The notes beneath the pieces were generated by a model. The model was not told the origin of the DNA. It saw only the letters and a list, made by a program, of their open reading frames with translations, and ran no database searches. DNA of 64,000 nt, taken from positions 7,440,001-7,504,000 of the forward strand of contig CDRNST010000093.1 of the NCBI GenBank assembly GCA_977016875.1, in the 5' to 3' direction. Positions within the stretch are counted from its first letter, which is position 1. The number at the start of each line of letters is the position of its first letter. Positions 39,501 through 52,559 of this stretch are shown in pieces. A program made the translations under genes and the position numbers. This stretch comes from Pavona decussata (Eukaryota).

Positions 39501-42500
39501 TTTGTTGCTTTCTAAAAAACAAACAACAATGCCTTAGAGAATGGACCTAGTTAAATAATGACCTTGATTGTCATGCCACAAGTCTCGAGTCTAAGCCCAT
39601 CCAACCAAAACTAAATTTTGGTGGTTTTTCACTGGAGGACACATTATATGTCTGGATGAAGCTGGGCAAACATTTGTTGTTCGTCTGGTTGTGCGTCTAA
39701 AAAAAGGTAGACAAACTATCTTTCGTTGTTCATCTTGAACGACACACAATGGAAAACAGTTCATCCAGATGAATAATAGTCTTGTGCTGTCTTTACACTA
39801 GAGACACATAACCAGATGAACAACGTTTGCCCAAGTTCGTCTAGACAGATAATGCATCCTCTAGTGTAAAAACTGCCATTGCTGCACCAAAATAAGGCAC
39901 AAATTTTCAACTATTAATTTCAAGGCTGACCTAGTTTCCAGTGCATTCTTTTTTAAAATGTCTACAATATGTCTCAAAAGTGCTCCTCGAGTTTTCATTT
40001 ATATCATTTGTACGAGTACCTTGTCCACTTGCATCGCCATTTAATATTATTCCTCCAGGAGATGACATCTGTCTTGATGCAGAGCATCGAAGCTTCCACA
40101 GAATCATTCTCTCCTGGCTTTCTGCATCAGACATTTGGCGATGAGCCCGATCCACCTTCGGGTAGTCTCTTCGTAAGAGTCTGTCCTTCTCTGTAAAAGA
40201 AGTTACACATAACATTCAAATGTTTGATGGAACTTAAGGGGGCAATTCACCTAAACGCCATTTTTCTGCAACTTGACATAGCTTTAATGGCAATTTCTCG
40301 TTCACGTTTCAAGCAATCCAAAAACCCTATCATTATCCTGTGAATCTGTGTTGTGGGGTATTTTGTAAATTTTTGGGTGATTTTTGGATATATTTGGAAG
40401 GAGTAGTTTTTTTTAGAAGGATTTGTTAAATTAAGAGAAATAAGAAATATTGAAGATTTAGTGAAGTTTTAATATAAGAATTTGTATTTAATAATATTAA
40501 TAGACGGATACCAAGTTAGTCCACTAACAACCTGGGGTGCTCTTGCGTGGGTATCAACTGTCTGTTGGTGTTCCAAAAATCATTTTCTTTCTTCTATCCC
40601 TTCTTAAAACCTCTTTAAATTTCATTCAAATTTAGGTAAATTGCCCCCTTAAGGTGGCTCACAATTAACAGTTTTCAGAGCTTTCTAGCACTTACATGTA
40701 CTCTTTGACAGATCAATACTATCATTTTTTATCAGTTGATACTACAATAATGGTATCAAACAATGCCTTGTTGTTGGTGAGCAAGTCCTGGTCAATTTCT
40801 TGACATAACAGGTTACCAGAGCAAAAGTATAACCTCTTGAAGGCACCCCTTATTTTGGTTGTAATTTGTTATAACCCAAAAACACATTTGGTGACCTCCA
40901 TTATTTAATTATGGAACTGTGATCAGCATGATAAGATACAAAGTTTTGCAAAGTTTGAAAAAAAATTGTTGGGAGTGGTTCAGAGCCAACTGAAAGCTCT
41001 TTGAGTTAAGACGCCACCTATACACCCTGCCATCAAACAAAAATCTGATTTTATTGTACTCAAATTTATTTTTTATAATTCATGCCAAAGCCTAAACCCA
41101 GGCACCAGCACTAGCCTCCACCCTCCACAAAAAAAAAGAAGCAAAAAGCCTGGTCTGATAGAATAAGCCTTGCAGTAGTGAACCATTCACAATCAGGCAA
41201 TCATCAAATAGTGGATATTGTCTGATGTAACACCAAACTCTCAGACCTAAAAATAATAGATTCTTCTCCAAAATGGCGGCCGAAAATTCAAATAAGTTAA
41301 AATTAAAAACGTATACCAGCACTAGAAAGAGCACTTTTACTTTCGTAACCCTGCAAAGTTTCAGCATATCAGGTGTAATATCAGCTGAGAAAATGTTCGT
41401 TGAAAAATGAAAAATTTACAGACGTTTGTATGACTGGGGGTACGATGTACACCCCAAGTCATACAAACGTCTGTAAATTTGTCAAATTTCATCTTACATT
41501 TCCTACACTGATATAACACCTAATATGCTGAAAGTTTGCAAGGTTAATAAAGTAAAGGTGCTCTTTCCAGTGCTGGTATCAGTTTTTCATTCAGTTCAAT
41601 TTTAACTCATTCAAATCTGTTACCGCCATTTCTGAGAAGGGTCTATTGGAATGCATGGCGGTCAGTAAGGAGAATTAACAATAAAAATCTTGGGAGTGAG
41701 AGGGTTAATCATGCTGGAAAATTTTCAGATAAATAAAGTCAAATATATTTGAAGCATCCTTTAGAAAACAAGTGTTTTTATAAATGTCAAGTACACTACT
41801 TACTGTCGAGAGGCAAATCACTTGGATCCTCCCCTTGTAATCTTTCTTTAGTCTCTGCTGCATATTCCACAGTAATTGTCCGATTACCTATCAAACGTCC
41901 ATGCAGAATCGACACTGCGTCACGGCATTCGTTTAGGGTACAAAATCTTATGAACCTACAACAGCAACATTACATGTAAAATTACTAATAATATATGTAG
42001 CAGCACAACCAACAAAAGTTGACTTATTGATTGCCAGCGAGCCTCAGTAAGCCAGCACACTACAGTCAAACCTGTATTAAGCGGCACCCTCTCTTAAGCG
42101 GTCAGTTGTCAAAGTCCCGAAAATTGCTTCCCTTAATTACTGTAATCCTGGTCGTGGTCACCCTATACTAACTCCCAATGAGCTGTTTCTATTGTCTTGA
42201 CCTGTTTTAAACGGTCACTTTGTAAAAGGGTACCACTTAAATATGGTTACAAATAGCGTGCCAGGCAATTGTATTTCTAATAAGCTGCACAATCGTGGCG
42301 TTAATGTTTTACTAGTCTGTTTCAATACCACGCTCTCATTTGTCATACCATTTTATTGCCAAACTTTCTTAACCAAGTAAGTGATGTATTCTGTGCAACC
42401 TGTATTAAGCGGTCAACCTGTATTAAGTGGTCACTTGGCCATTCCCGGAGAGTGAAAGCTTAATACAGGTTCGACTCTGGCTCGGGAGATTGTGCAAGCA

Positions 42501-45500
42501 CTCCACCTGTTATTGATGTTAATTAAATTTCTTCACTTTACTTTACTGGGGGTATGTTTGTCTTACGTCAGATTGATTTGAAGGTTTGCATGGAAGATTA
42601 AGATTAGATTTTAAAGAGGTTATTTGATATGAGCCTTGTCCTTGTGCTGCTTTTCCAGCTTGGATCAGGCGCAAGTCCTGCCTGCAGTTGACAGCGTTGA
42701 AAGATTATATGCTGTATTTCTCTGCTTGGATCAGGAAGGAAACTGTAGTACTTATATAAATTTATCAAAACAGGACTGGATGACAGTAACGTCATGTTTA
42801 TATCCGCGTGCAACTGTGTGAAGTCATGTTTATTCTGTTTACAATATGTAACATCACATGTATCTGCATTTCGAAAAAAGTCATGTCAGTTCAATGCTTC
42901 AATAGCATCTGTATATCCAGCTGAGGAAGGAGAGGATGGACGTGCACTGATGAGGTACAAGGATCTCAGGTTCTGTTTCCCAACAGGAACATTGATCGCA
43001 GGCTTAATTTCTTGTCATAAAAACTCAACTATAAACTACACGGACATATAAAATATGCAGATACAGCACGTGGGTTGTGTCAAGTCCACAATGGTTATGT
43101 GCTTTGTCACACTGTCATGCCATCTATAACGACCATTGGTAATGTCCCAGACAAACAGGACAAAAAAAAATTTATCTCAATGGACAAAGTACTGATTGAT
43201 ACTCCTGTAGTCAAACCAATTCTTTACAAGAGCATTGCAAACTTAAAAAAATATCATACAATGAGACTATCACTGTTGAAATTGTGAATTTCAGGTTGCC
43301 AAACAGTTCAGCCCATGCAAACATCCAAATATCAGAGTTTAAGGATTCAATAAGTAAACGGAAGCCTACTCAAAGCCAAGGGACAATTCTGATTGGTTAT
43401 AAGCAATAGCCCTTTTCACGGTTAACTCTGCTCATTTGAATTACAATGAAATCTAGCATGTATGTTAGGCAATTTCGGGCTATTTTGTAGTTTTAGCCCG
43501 AAATTGCCTCGCATCCATGTTGGATAACATTGTAATGCAAATGAGAAAAATCAACCGTGAAAAGGGCTATTGCATACAAACGCATGTAAAAGCTGCTGAG
43601 CTCTCAAGCCTCACATATTCAATGTGAGACTTGTGTAATTTGGATGACACATCATGCTGTCATGTTGAAATGTGCAGTTCCAGAAAATATCCATACCCAC
43701 CATATGGAAGGTCATTGCAAATTCCAAGGGGGAGGGGTGTCTTAAATGTCAACATTTTAGAAGCGAAGTATGAAGCTTAACTGGAATTTTCTGGGGGGAG
43801 GTGGGTGCAAAACAAAAAAAACCTTCCATGGGGGGGGGGGGGGATATGGATATTTTCTGGAACTACACATCAAGTCTGAGTTTCTCATGCATAGGCATTA
43901 ATTTTTGTAATTCAAATGGTTTATTGGAAGAAATGTGATGGTATATTTTAAGCATGTTGAATAAATGAGAATGATGTATTATTTATATTAAATGAGTGAC
44001 ACAGGCATAGTCAGAATAAAGAAAGGAAATCTCAGTGCCTCTATCAGGAGTCGAACCCAAGACCTTCTGATTACTAGTTCGGATGCATGCTCAAGAGAAG
44101 AGCAACTACTTACTACATCCTCATCTGAAAGGAATTTTAAATGCTGTTTATAACTTACATCTTTTCTTTTTTTCCTGCAGTCTGAGTTTGGCTTAGAAAA
44201 CGATGACAGTACCTTACACTTCTCATCCACAAACAACCCAACTATCATATTATGTGCAACTCAAAGTTTAATCAGTAAAAATAATTTCAGAAATTAAATT
44301 TTGTGGAAATTATATGACATTAGACTCATGAGAAAAAAGAGAAGCAAATTTTATGTTTGTGGAAATTTTCTGAATTTTTGTTCATCTTAGTTTCAATAAA
44401 TTCTTATGGAAAGTGAAAGCTATCAAAAATGTTAAAATAATATATATATATTTTTTTGAATTTTTGTTCATCTTAGTTTCAATTCTTATGGAAAGTGAAA
44501 GCTATCAAAAATGTTAAAATAATATTTTTTTTTCACAAAGTCCAAAATTCTACTATTAATATATTTTAATAATCAACACCACCCCATTCTTTAAAAAAAA
44601 ATTCATATTTTTGTGAGGCTGTTTCACGTGACAGCAGATTAGTTCCACCCTCGTTTGCGCGCGTACCACGTGAGACGCGCGGTACCTAAGCAGAGAGTCA
44701 CGCGGGTTTACTCGCGATTCTCTTTCGTGGACGCCATTTTACTCGCGCTTCAGAGAAGGCAACAACTCCCAAATACTTTTAACTTGACACAAATATTACT
44801 TTTGAACTTTTCAACGGAAGGGAATAATTGAACGAGCAGCTTGAGAGGGCAACAGCGAAAAGAAACATGGCTATGGATCCCAATGACTCGATAAATCCGG
44901 ATCGTTTTTCCGCCATCTTGGAAAACCAACGCGCCATCATGGTCAACCAAGCGACCATCCTTCACAATCAAAACAAGATCATGCGAGGCATGGAGCAGCT
45001 ATTTTCCTTCTTCCCATCTCTGCAAGCTTCCCTCCCAGCCCAAAGCACCGCGGCTACACCTGTAAACGTCGCTCCAATTCCTGCCATTCTTGGTAGCAAT
45101 GAAAACTCGCGAGTCGAGCAGCCACCCTCCGCCGCCGTACAACTTCCAGCTGATCAGGCATCTTCCGTCTCACCTTCCCCGCGCGTGGAAAACACAACAC
45201 CCATCAACACCCCGACAAGGCCTCAAGCCCCGCTGAATACGAGCACGCCGCAGATGGTTTCGAACACAGCGAAAGCGGATTCTTCGCCAGGTTCTGACAA
45301 CGAAACCGATGTTCCGCCGCCAGCGATCGGGCGAAAAGTACTTCCCGAGTACATATCTCAAGAGGAGCTTGCCCAGATCAAGTGCAAGAGCTGTTCGATT
45401 GGTAACTTCGCCGTGCAGTTGTTGAGGCATATTTTCGACCACACTGAATTGGAAAACAAGAATTGCACAGGGACGCGAGGGAAAGAACCTGTGGATCCCG

Positions 45501-48500
45501 ACCGACTTCGCTTCGTGAAAGAGACGGTGTATGATGTGTACGCCATCACGTCCGATGACAAAATTAACACTTGGAAGCACTGTATCAGGGCAATCGATGA
45601 ATATTTACGGCGACCGAAGCGAATGGCCAAGACAGGACTCAGCAAAACTGCGATGTTTTAGACTGAATGTTTTATATCTTCAGTAATTGTTAATTGTGGA
45701 TTATATCCTTGAAAATATTTCATCTTGCCTTTCAATCATTTTGCAAATCCACAAGAAAGGGGAAGGGGGAAGGGGGGGGGGGGGGAGGGGGAAGTTTGTC
45801 ATGTGCATTTTAAATTCATACGGTGCAACCCAGATGTAACGAAACCCTTTACAACGAAATTTGCAGTGTAGTATGTATGTGACGAACGATATTCTTCACC
45901 TGCTGTAACAAAATCCCATTTATTTCCAGCCGGCTAAATGTGATTTGTTCACTGTGTCTACCCACTTTTGTCTCATCCATTCTGCGAAGTTCTCAAAACT
46001 TCAAATTAATTACTAAACAAACCTTGACATAACAAAGACTTTGGTCATTTCCCCCACAAACTCGTTCTAACAGGTTTTTGTTCATACCAGATGCAATTAC
46101 AATGTAAAGATTTATTTTTTCAGTCTGTCAGCACTTTGTTATATCAGGGTTGCACTTGTTTTGTAATCAGTTTTGTCTGGTCAGCTGCCTGGTTGTAAAA
46201 ATTTGAAACCTAATGTAGTTTAGCCACAACAAACTTAAATCGCTGACACCAGAAATTCCTCAGTTCTCTAATATATTACTTCAGTGAGAAATATCCCAAG
46301 CTGAATGCTAATAAATTATCTTCGGGAAGATCTTAAATGAGAACGCCATTGTGCCAAGCTGTATTAAAAAATTAATGAATTGTTAATTTATTACCTGCAG
46401 AAACTGGATTAATTTGTCAAACTTTTTAGAAAATAATGAGCAGGGCTGGTTGTTTAATACAAAATAAAAAATATACTGAAGATTTTCATTCCATTTTACT
46501 GCTAAATGTCCCTAGCAGTCTATAGTAACAAAAGAATAGTATTTCCAGGCTTAAAACTGAAGTAGGAAGTCAAAGCAACTTCACTGAATTCTTCATTGAA
46601 AAGGTTTGATTCAAACTTTTAATCATGGCACTAATCTCATGTTAGCTAAATCTTCTTTGCAACTGTTATTTCCATCATCAAGCAAGAAATCAAACTAAAA
46701 CAACTGGGCCCTGTTCAAAATCAATTTTTAAAACATTCAAAATAATATTCACAAAGTTATGCATTACAGTACATCCGGTATAGGAAATGATGGAGACGCT
46801 TGCCGTGGACATAGTTTTTGAAAACTACTGTATACCTTCTAACAAACAAAGGCTTTGACTAATTCTGAGGGAAATCATGCCTGTTACAGACCTTTGCCAG
46901 TCGATTGTCCTTCAGTGTGGGATTCACCTGGAATACACCCAGTTCTTGCTCATACAGAGAGAGATTTTATCAATAATATTGACTGACTCGTCAAAAAAGT
47001 GTAATTTTATAACCTTTTCTCTCCTAAATATTTTACACCATTTAGGGTGCCAGGAATATTTTGTAATTAATTTGATAATGATTTTTAGCTGATTAAATAA
47101 AACCAGAATGGAAAATGAAATTTGAATATTGACTTCACTGTGTTTTGATAATGATTAATCTGCTCTTTAAAAATAAATTACCTGTATTCAACATAAAACT
47201 TAGTCTGATAGCCCAGTTAATTGTCTTTTGATTGAAGGGCTTGGCAGCATAACCAACCAATGGTACATTTTAGATTACTTTTGACAAACAACTTTGCATC
47301 TTTTCCTATGACTCTTACTAGAAAAATTGGGTTAGTTTTTGGAATAAACCCTGTTATTCAATTTTGAATCTGGTGTCTTGTATTACTGGAGGATATGAGA
47401 TTTTGGGGCAAATTTTTTCATTTGGCACGAGTCAACAGCATGCCACCACTCAATGGCGTCTAAATTTGCATATCACACTCTGGTGTGAAAGGAAGGACGG
47501 GCTTGCCCTTTTAGAGCAGAACTTCTTGTTTTCCATGTTTGAATAAATTCTTTCAACGAGTATCACGAGTATCACAAGTATCTGGACAGTGGTGAGGAGA
47601 ATATACCAGGGTCATTAAGAGGCGGAGGCCGGGGATTTCCCCCAGTTACTAAGAACGTGGCCCCCGGCTATTTTCATAGGAAAATAGAAGAAAAATAGAA
47701 CCAAAAGAAATTCCTAGCTGTTTGATTCCCCACCTACTTGTTGTATTTATCCAGCAACTTGAAATCTTAGTGACAGCCTGCATACAAGTTAATAATGAGG
47801 ATTTGAGGGTAGCTGCAATTTGGAGAATAAGTACTTGAGTGAGTGGAATAAATGAAGAGTGCAGTATTATAAAAATTATTAATAGAACCCTTGGGGAGTT
47901 TTATGCTTTATCAATACCACTGCATTTTCCTACAAAGCAACTGTTAATTTTGTGATGTTCCTTCTATTCTTACTTAAAAATTATTTTCAAAAAAATAAAA
48001 TGTTGCAGCTATGTGTATGTGTGAATTCCCAAAACATTTGGACGATTCAAGAATCTTGTTTTCTACAAACAATTTATTTACCATTTAACTTGCGATACAC
48101 GACGTTGATTTTTCTTGTGCATAACGGTCTTCTTGTTCCTCTAGTTGAGTCTTCCTTTGTATACACTGTACTCACCTTGCACCAATGTGGCCCAGGTTCG
48201 ATTCCCAGACTCGGAGTCACATACATGTATGTGGGTTCAGTTTGTTGTTGGTTCTTGTCCTTGCTACGAGAGGTTTTTCTCTGGGTACTCTGGTTTCCCC
48301 CTCTCCTTAAATACCAACATTTCCAAATTCCAATTCAATCTGGATTATTGTCAAGCACTTTATCATGAGCCTCTGGCTTGGGAGATTATGCACTCTCCTT
48401 GTTGTTGACATTAAATAAATTACTTAACTTTACTTTATTTAGGTTAAAAAAGTAAGATTTTACAAAAATAGAAATATGATACATGATTTTAAGTGAAGCC

Positions 48501-51500
48501 AATGAAACTCCTTAAGGATGACAGTAGTTTACTAGATTTGTTCCTACAATTGGTTCTGAGCTGCAGTGTTTTGAATTTGTTGTAGTTGTTCGCACATGAT
48601 CTTTGGAAGGCCATATTGAAGGTTACACATTAGTCAAACTGTGACACAACTATTTTGAGATGGCTAGTATTTCAACCAACCCACTGCCCTTAACGCCACT
48701 TGAGATAGTCATTGTACAGTTGCTTGGGCACACAAGGTTACCACCATTTGCCTGGAGAAGAACTAATTAGTGATAATGTTTCAGGGACAGCTTTTGTTGA
48801 TAACTGCTTGGGGGATAGCTATAGTGTAATGGACTGACACACAACATGTTCTAAAGCCATAGTGATAAAACTACATTTTACAATCAGTTACATATACTAG
48901 ACCAACATACATTCTCAATCAACAGATTGCAAGAGATACACTTTAATAAAATTGTTGTTTGTTTGATTGTTCGATTGATCAAGATTTCAATTTTTGTTTT
49001 CTTCGGCATTGCTCTGATAATACCTTGAAGTTAGCTTTCTTAATGAAGCAGTGCAATCAGGCAGTCATCAAAAGATTGAAAGAACTTGTAACTGAGGGAA
49101 ATTAATAATATTATTGATCACCAATACACAAACTAATACTAACCCATACGTATAACTGCCGTCTCTTTGTGGTTGTAAGTGAACATCTTGTACACTACCA
49201 ACTTCACTGAATAAATGCACAAGCTCTTTCTAGGAAAAAAACCCACAAACCTCAAAAATGAGAATTTGACATACGTTAACAGAATTTTCATTCCACTTGA
49301 TACCTAACTCCCAAGATAAAAAGCCACGAATATGAAAAGTTACAACAATATACTACAATGCTGGCTAGCAACAACATGTATCCGAGTAACATGCATTCAA
49401 GGCAACCAATGTTGACTTTTTGGCAGCTGTCAATCAAAAGGTAAAGCCACAACCATGACATGGGTGACCCACACAGCTGGATCTCCAGCACTAACTGTGT
49501 TTCCACAGCATGAAGCCACCGACAGTATGCCATTAGACTCCATTTGTGTGAAATATAAAACTACAGCTAGACGTCAGGCAATCCGGTGGACTGGAAGAAT
49601 ACACTGTATATGACTGGACTCTATTTGTGTGTATTGAACAACCCTCAAAGCAACTAGGAGAACTGCTACCCCTCCCAGTACAGCATGCTAGTCCATCAAA
49701 GGGCTCTTCCCAGGTTGATGATAGATAAATAATGTGGAGCAAAGTTTCTTTCCTAAAGAAACAGCACCACAGTAGAGGCCAGGGGCCTATTTCTTGAAAG
49801 TCCCGGTAACTTACCGGGACTGATAAGTATATTTTTAAATCTTTTTTCGCCGATTACACAATGATTACAGACATGGTACTCGCCCAATGTTTTCACAGAA
49901 TTATAAGATTTTAAAATTTAGCATTCACAGCTAACAAAAATTGACCTCTGTCAAGAAACATTTATAAATCATCACAGACACTTACCGGGCCCAATAAGTT
50001 ACCAGGACTTTCGAGAAGTGGGCCCCAGGCCTCAAACCACTGAACTTCACAAATGAATCTGATATCCAGCATACTAACTATGTGTACTACACCACAGCAC
50101 CTCAACAATCAACCAACCAATCAAATAAGAGAGTAAAAGTTACCTTGGTGATGTCATTAGGTAAATGTCCAACATAAATGGAGAAAAGCTTTCGGCGCCA
50201 CCTGCAAAGTTCCCGAGGTGACATGTTTCTTGTAGTAGAAGTCCATGCAGAGTCTATACCGTCATCTAGAAAATAAATTGATTTACGATTATTTAACAAT
50301 TATCCTGCAAAATGGCGTAGAATATCACCCGATACATTGCCGACGAGACTGAGGCCAAGTTGGCTAAAATCAGGCAATATTCCGCGATATAAGCTTCAGA
50401 GAGTAATAATTGCTTTGTACTCCCTATTATATTTTTGCCTACCAGAGAGAGGAAATTTCTTGAGGCACTTTGCTAGCTCGGTTTTCTCAGGTAGTTTTCT
50501 CCATCTCTTCAAGACAAGTCGAGAACTCTGTTTGCGAGAACCAATTGAAGAAAATACTGTTTGTTCACCCCAGCAAAACAGACACACATGTCGCGCTAAC
50601 TAAAGTCTGTCAATTGTTGCTGATAATTAAGGTTTTTTCTTGAAATCCCATCAGCACATCACAATTCTTGTTTTCACAAACACTCAACAAAAGAAAGCTG
50701 TGTGTGACTTGACACTTCAAATTTTCAAGTTTTGAGGATCAAGTGGCATTGATTGGGTTACAAGTGACTGCAGTCAACTTACATTTGACAACAGCACTGT
50801 AGTTTGGTAGTCTGAAACTCCTCTTCCTCTTATTTTACCTGATGTGGATGGACATAAGGCAATGTTTGCCCATCGCACATTTCCTAAAGTAATTTTCAAC
50901 TATCAGCTGTATAAAACAAAAGAATTCTCACCGCTGTCTGATAACTGCCACTCGTAACTTTTCCTCTGCTTTTGATTCAGGCTGTTTTCAAGCTCAGGGT
51001 AGGATGCTGTTGGACTTTTTTTCCTATCATCTTCACTGCCACTTCTTGTTGGCTACAAAGAATATTATTCCGATGCAATGCATTGACTACACTGTAAATG
51101 CAAGCTGTTCAATTTTATAACACTGTTAAATAAGGTTAAAGCTGTAATAATTACACTATCAAACTTGAACATGTATTGACGTTTGTGTTGCTTAATTCAG
51201 CCACCACAATGATGGTTGATACTAAACACTGAACAGACAACAATCATGTGCTGTGTCCTAGGAGAAAATATTGAAGTTTGCTTTGATTACACTTTGTACA
51301 TTTTAACTAAATATTGAAGTTTTCTGATTCCAAGAAAACTGATTCCATTCAGTACAAAACAACCCCATCTAGCAAAGTCAGCCTGAATGCACCTCCAGTA
51401 TGACTGTAAAAGTCTGCATTTTTCAGGCCAGCAAGGGCAAGGGTGAGGAGAGTGCAGTGTGTGAGTCATGCCCCTCCCGTTGTGCATGACTCGCCTCACG

Positions 51501-51877
51501 CTTGCCCCCAGTCACCTGAAAAATGCAAAAGGCTAATGCCTCTTTTGCAGGCTACTCATACCGAATACCATAAACATTCCTAAAATAATTCTCCTGCTCA
51601 TAGTTTTTGCAGTTGCACTGTAAATGTATTACCTGTACCTATGCAGTACCAAGAAAACATATTTGGTTGATTATGAATTTATTGAATGATCACATGTATT
51701 TCCTCTCCAACAATATAATCATGCACTTACAACTTCATTCCTGTTTGTAGCCTGTCTTGTTGCAACTGAATTCAAAATGTCAGGACTTCCTTTAAGCAGT
51801 TCTAGCAAGGCTTGTTGGAGCTCTTCCTTGCCTTTGCCTGATGACCCAGCAGTAACTAGGTCATCAAGGGTCGGCAT
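33532..51877 (-). CDS. RRM RNA-binding protein with a giant low-complexity repeat exon. Exons 51731-51877, 50932-51052, 50144-50265, 49144-49229, 41804-41955, 40020-40190, 39373-39511, then 38728 to a premature TGA at 36100 (~1188 aa). Ancestral frame continues through 35283, 34531-34602 and ~33532-33684.
   Basis: Phase-consistent GT-AG exons give RNP2 SIYVGHL and RNP1 SYTYGFIRF...AVSILHGRLIGNRTITVEYA, in frame with the 855-aa ORF. Downstream exons encode coiled-coil-like segments. A frameshift and a LINE insertion interrupt the large exon, so this may be a truncated or pseudogenising allele. The phase of the last exon is unresolved (N gap). Confidence 0.75.
34264..34404. other. Assembly gap (N run)
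   Basis: Run of N. Confidence 1.
35592..36003 (+). mobile_element. 5'-truncated L2/CR1-clade LINE inserted in the coding exon of the RRM gene
   Basis: Translates YNLRSS...KTTSGDKAFQVASLGLWNGLPNDIR...FKSLVKTHLFRKAY (typical L2 ORF2 C-terminus), then a 3' UTR and a (TAA/ATT) tail; flanked by ATA repeats at 35589-35591 and 36004-36006. Confidence 0.88.
36520..37960 (-). repeat. Coding tandem repeat, ~177 bp (59 aa) unit, ~8-9 copies
   Basis: TGTTTCCTTGAT motif recurs at ~36693, 36840, 37014, 37191, 37368, 37545, with degenerate copies flanking. Consensus peptide QYNSQEPKYFxxQGNRSFGQQGLLxxPxxxxNTDLPKEVQxQTQHPSExPQ. Confidence 0.92.
39622..39878. mobile_element. Palindromic MITE
   Basis: GGTTTTTCACTGGAGGACACATTAT.TGTCTGGATGAA..TGGGCAAAC is mirrored by GTTTGCCCAAGTTCGTCTAGACAGATAATGCATCCTCTAGTGTAAAAAC. 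Confidence 0.75.
40238..40648. mobile_element. Kolobok-like MITE with TTAA TSD (copy 2)
   Basis: TTAA|GGGGGCAATTCACCTAAA ... TTTAGGTAAATTGCCCCC|TTAA; body shared with 14431-14839. Confidence 0.85.
41258..41644. mobile_element. Fold-back MITE with AT TSD (ISL2EU-type ends)
   Basis: AT|AGATTCTTCTCCAAAATGGCGG ... CCGCCATTTCTGAGAAGGGTCT|AT; near-complete palindrome centred at ~41445. Confidence 0.85.
42063..42479. mobile_element. pogo/Tigger-like MITE
   Basis: TA|CAGTCAAACCTGTATTAAGCGG ... GCTTAATACAGGTTCGACT; repeated CCTGTATTAAGCGGTCA subterminal motifs. Confidence 0.8.
43408..43568. mobile_element. Hairpin MITE with AT TSD (ISL2EU-type ends)
   Basis: AT|AGCCCTTTTCACGGTT ... AACCGTGAAAAGGGCT|AT, with internal AGGCAATTTCGGGCTA / TAGCCCGAAATTGCCT. 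Confidence 0.85.
43671..43869. mobile_element. MITE; degenerate relative at ~19355-19518
   Basis: TGTGCAGTTCCAGAAAATATCCATA ... TATGGATATTTTCTGGAACTACACA TIRs. Confidence 0.85.
44371..44527. repeat. Direct tandem duplication (~85 bp x2) upstream of the BEN gene
   Basis: TGAATTTTTGTTCATCTTAGTTTCAAT...GGAAAGTGAAAGCTATCAAAAATGTTAAAATAATAT present twice. Confidence 0.9.
44620..44760 (+). promoter_or_regulatory. CpG-rich putative promoter of the BEN gene
   Basis: Abrupt CpG enrichment, two CACGTG E-boxes (~44625, ~44668), GCCATTTT YY1-like motif at ~44733, several CGCG motifs. Confidence 0.5.
44867..45661 (+). CDS. Intronless BEN-domain protein (N-terminal coiled coil, P/S/T-rich linker, C-terminal BEN), ~264 aa, nested antisense in an RRM-gene intron
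   Basis: ILENQRAIMVNQATILHNQNKIM heptads; C-terminal GNFAVQLLRHIFDHTEL..KNCTGTRGKEPVDPDRL...WKHCIRAIDEYLRR fits the BEN domain pattern; uninterrupted GC-rich ORF with ATG in good context (aacATGG). Confidence 0.85.
   Translation: MAMDPNDSINPDRFSAILENQRAIMVNQATILHNQNKIMRGMEQLFSFFPSLQASLPAQSTAATPVNVAPIPAILGSNENSRVEQPPSAAVQLPADQASSVSPSPRVENTTPINTPTRPQAPLNTSTPQMVSNTAKADSSPGSDNETDVPPPAIGRKVLPEYISQEELAQIKCKSCSIGNFAVQLLRHIFDHTELENKNCTGTRGKEPVDPDRLRFVKETVYDVYAITSDDKINTWKHCIRAIDEYLRRPKRMAKTGLSKTAMF
48165..48430 (+). mobile_element. tRNA-derived SINE
   Basis: Box B-like GGTTCGATTCCC, the same body as 19925-20125, and an A/T-rich tail. Confidence 0.8.
49590..50100 (-). mobile_element. SINE (antisense) with nested PIF/Harbinger-like MITE at ~49783-50026
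   Basis: SINE core ATGCTAGTCCATC and head CTCAAACCAC...CTACACCAC are separated by GGGGCCTATTTCTTGAAAGTCCCGGTAACTTA ... TAAGTTACCAGGACTTTCGAGAAGTGGGCCCC. Confidence 0.75.
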
Positions 51878-52559
51878 TTTGGTCACAGTGCTTTGTTTGA
51901 ACAGTAGATCATGATCACCTAAAATTTGGAATTAATCAACACAACTTGTCACTGACATTCACTACACAGCTTACGGAAGAGTATTTGGCATATTTACATG
52001 GAATGCCTGCAGGGCATGACGTGTCTAGGTTTCGCAGATTGATAAAACTACCCTTGCTTATTATAATGGAATAGTTTGGACAGATCGCGTTATGTTGTTT
52101 CCCTTGTGTTACGTTACTTATGGTTTTACCAGAAATTTCGGAAATTCCATTACAATAACGTAAGCGTATCAATGACCTCTTTTCGGTCTCACATCGTGGT
52201 TCTAAAACTGTCAAACAAAGAATGATTCAGGAACTCTCCAATTTCCACCATTTTAAATGTCGAGTGCCTCTTAGAAGTTATTCTTTCGATTTACTGCTTC
52301 AAAATGGTTAATTTTCCGTTTGAAAACGGCACACTTGAGTCCACAACATATTAACAATATGGCCGCCACAAATTTATCAGGACAATAGAATTTGATACAT
52401 GTAAAAAGAGTTAATAATAATATTGAAGGTGCAGATTTCGGGCTACCAAGAAGAAAAAAAAATAGACAAATTCGGCTAATGCGTGGTAATTTGTCACGCG
52501 ACCTGAATTGGGTATAACATGTAAACAACTTCCAAGTATTGATGAAGAAATTAATCGCC

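Noticed and set aside
48165-48220. Possible tRNA gene (GGTTCGATTCCC box B)
   Set aside because: SINE head without a complete cloverleaf.
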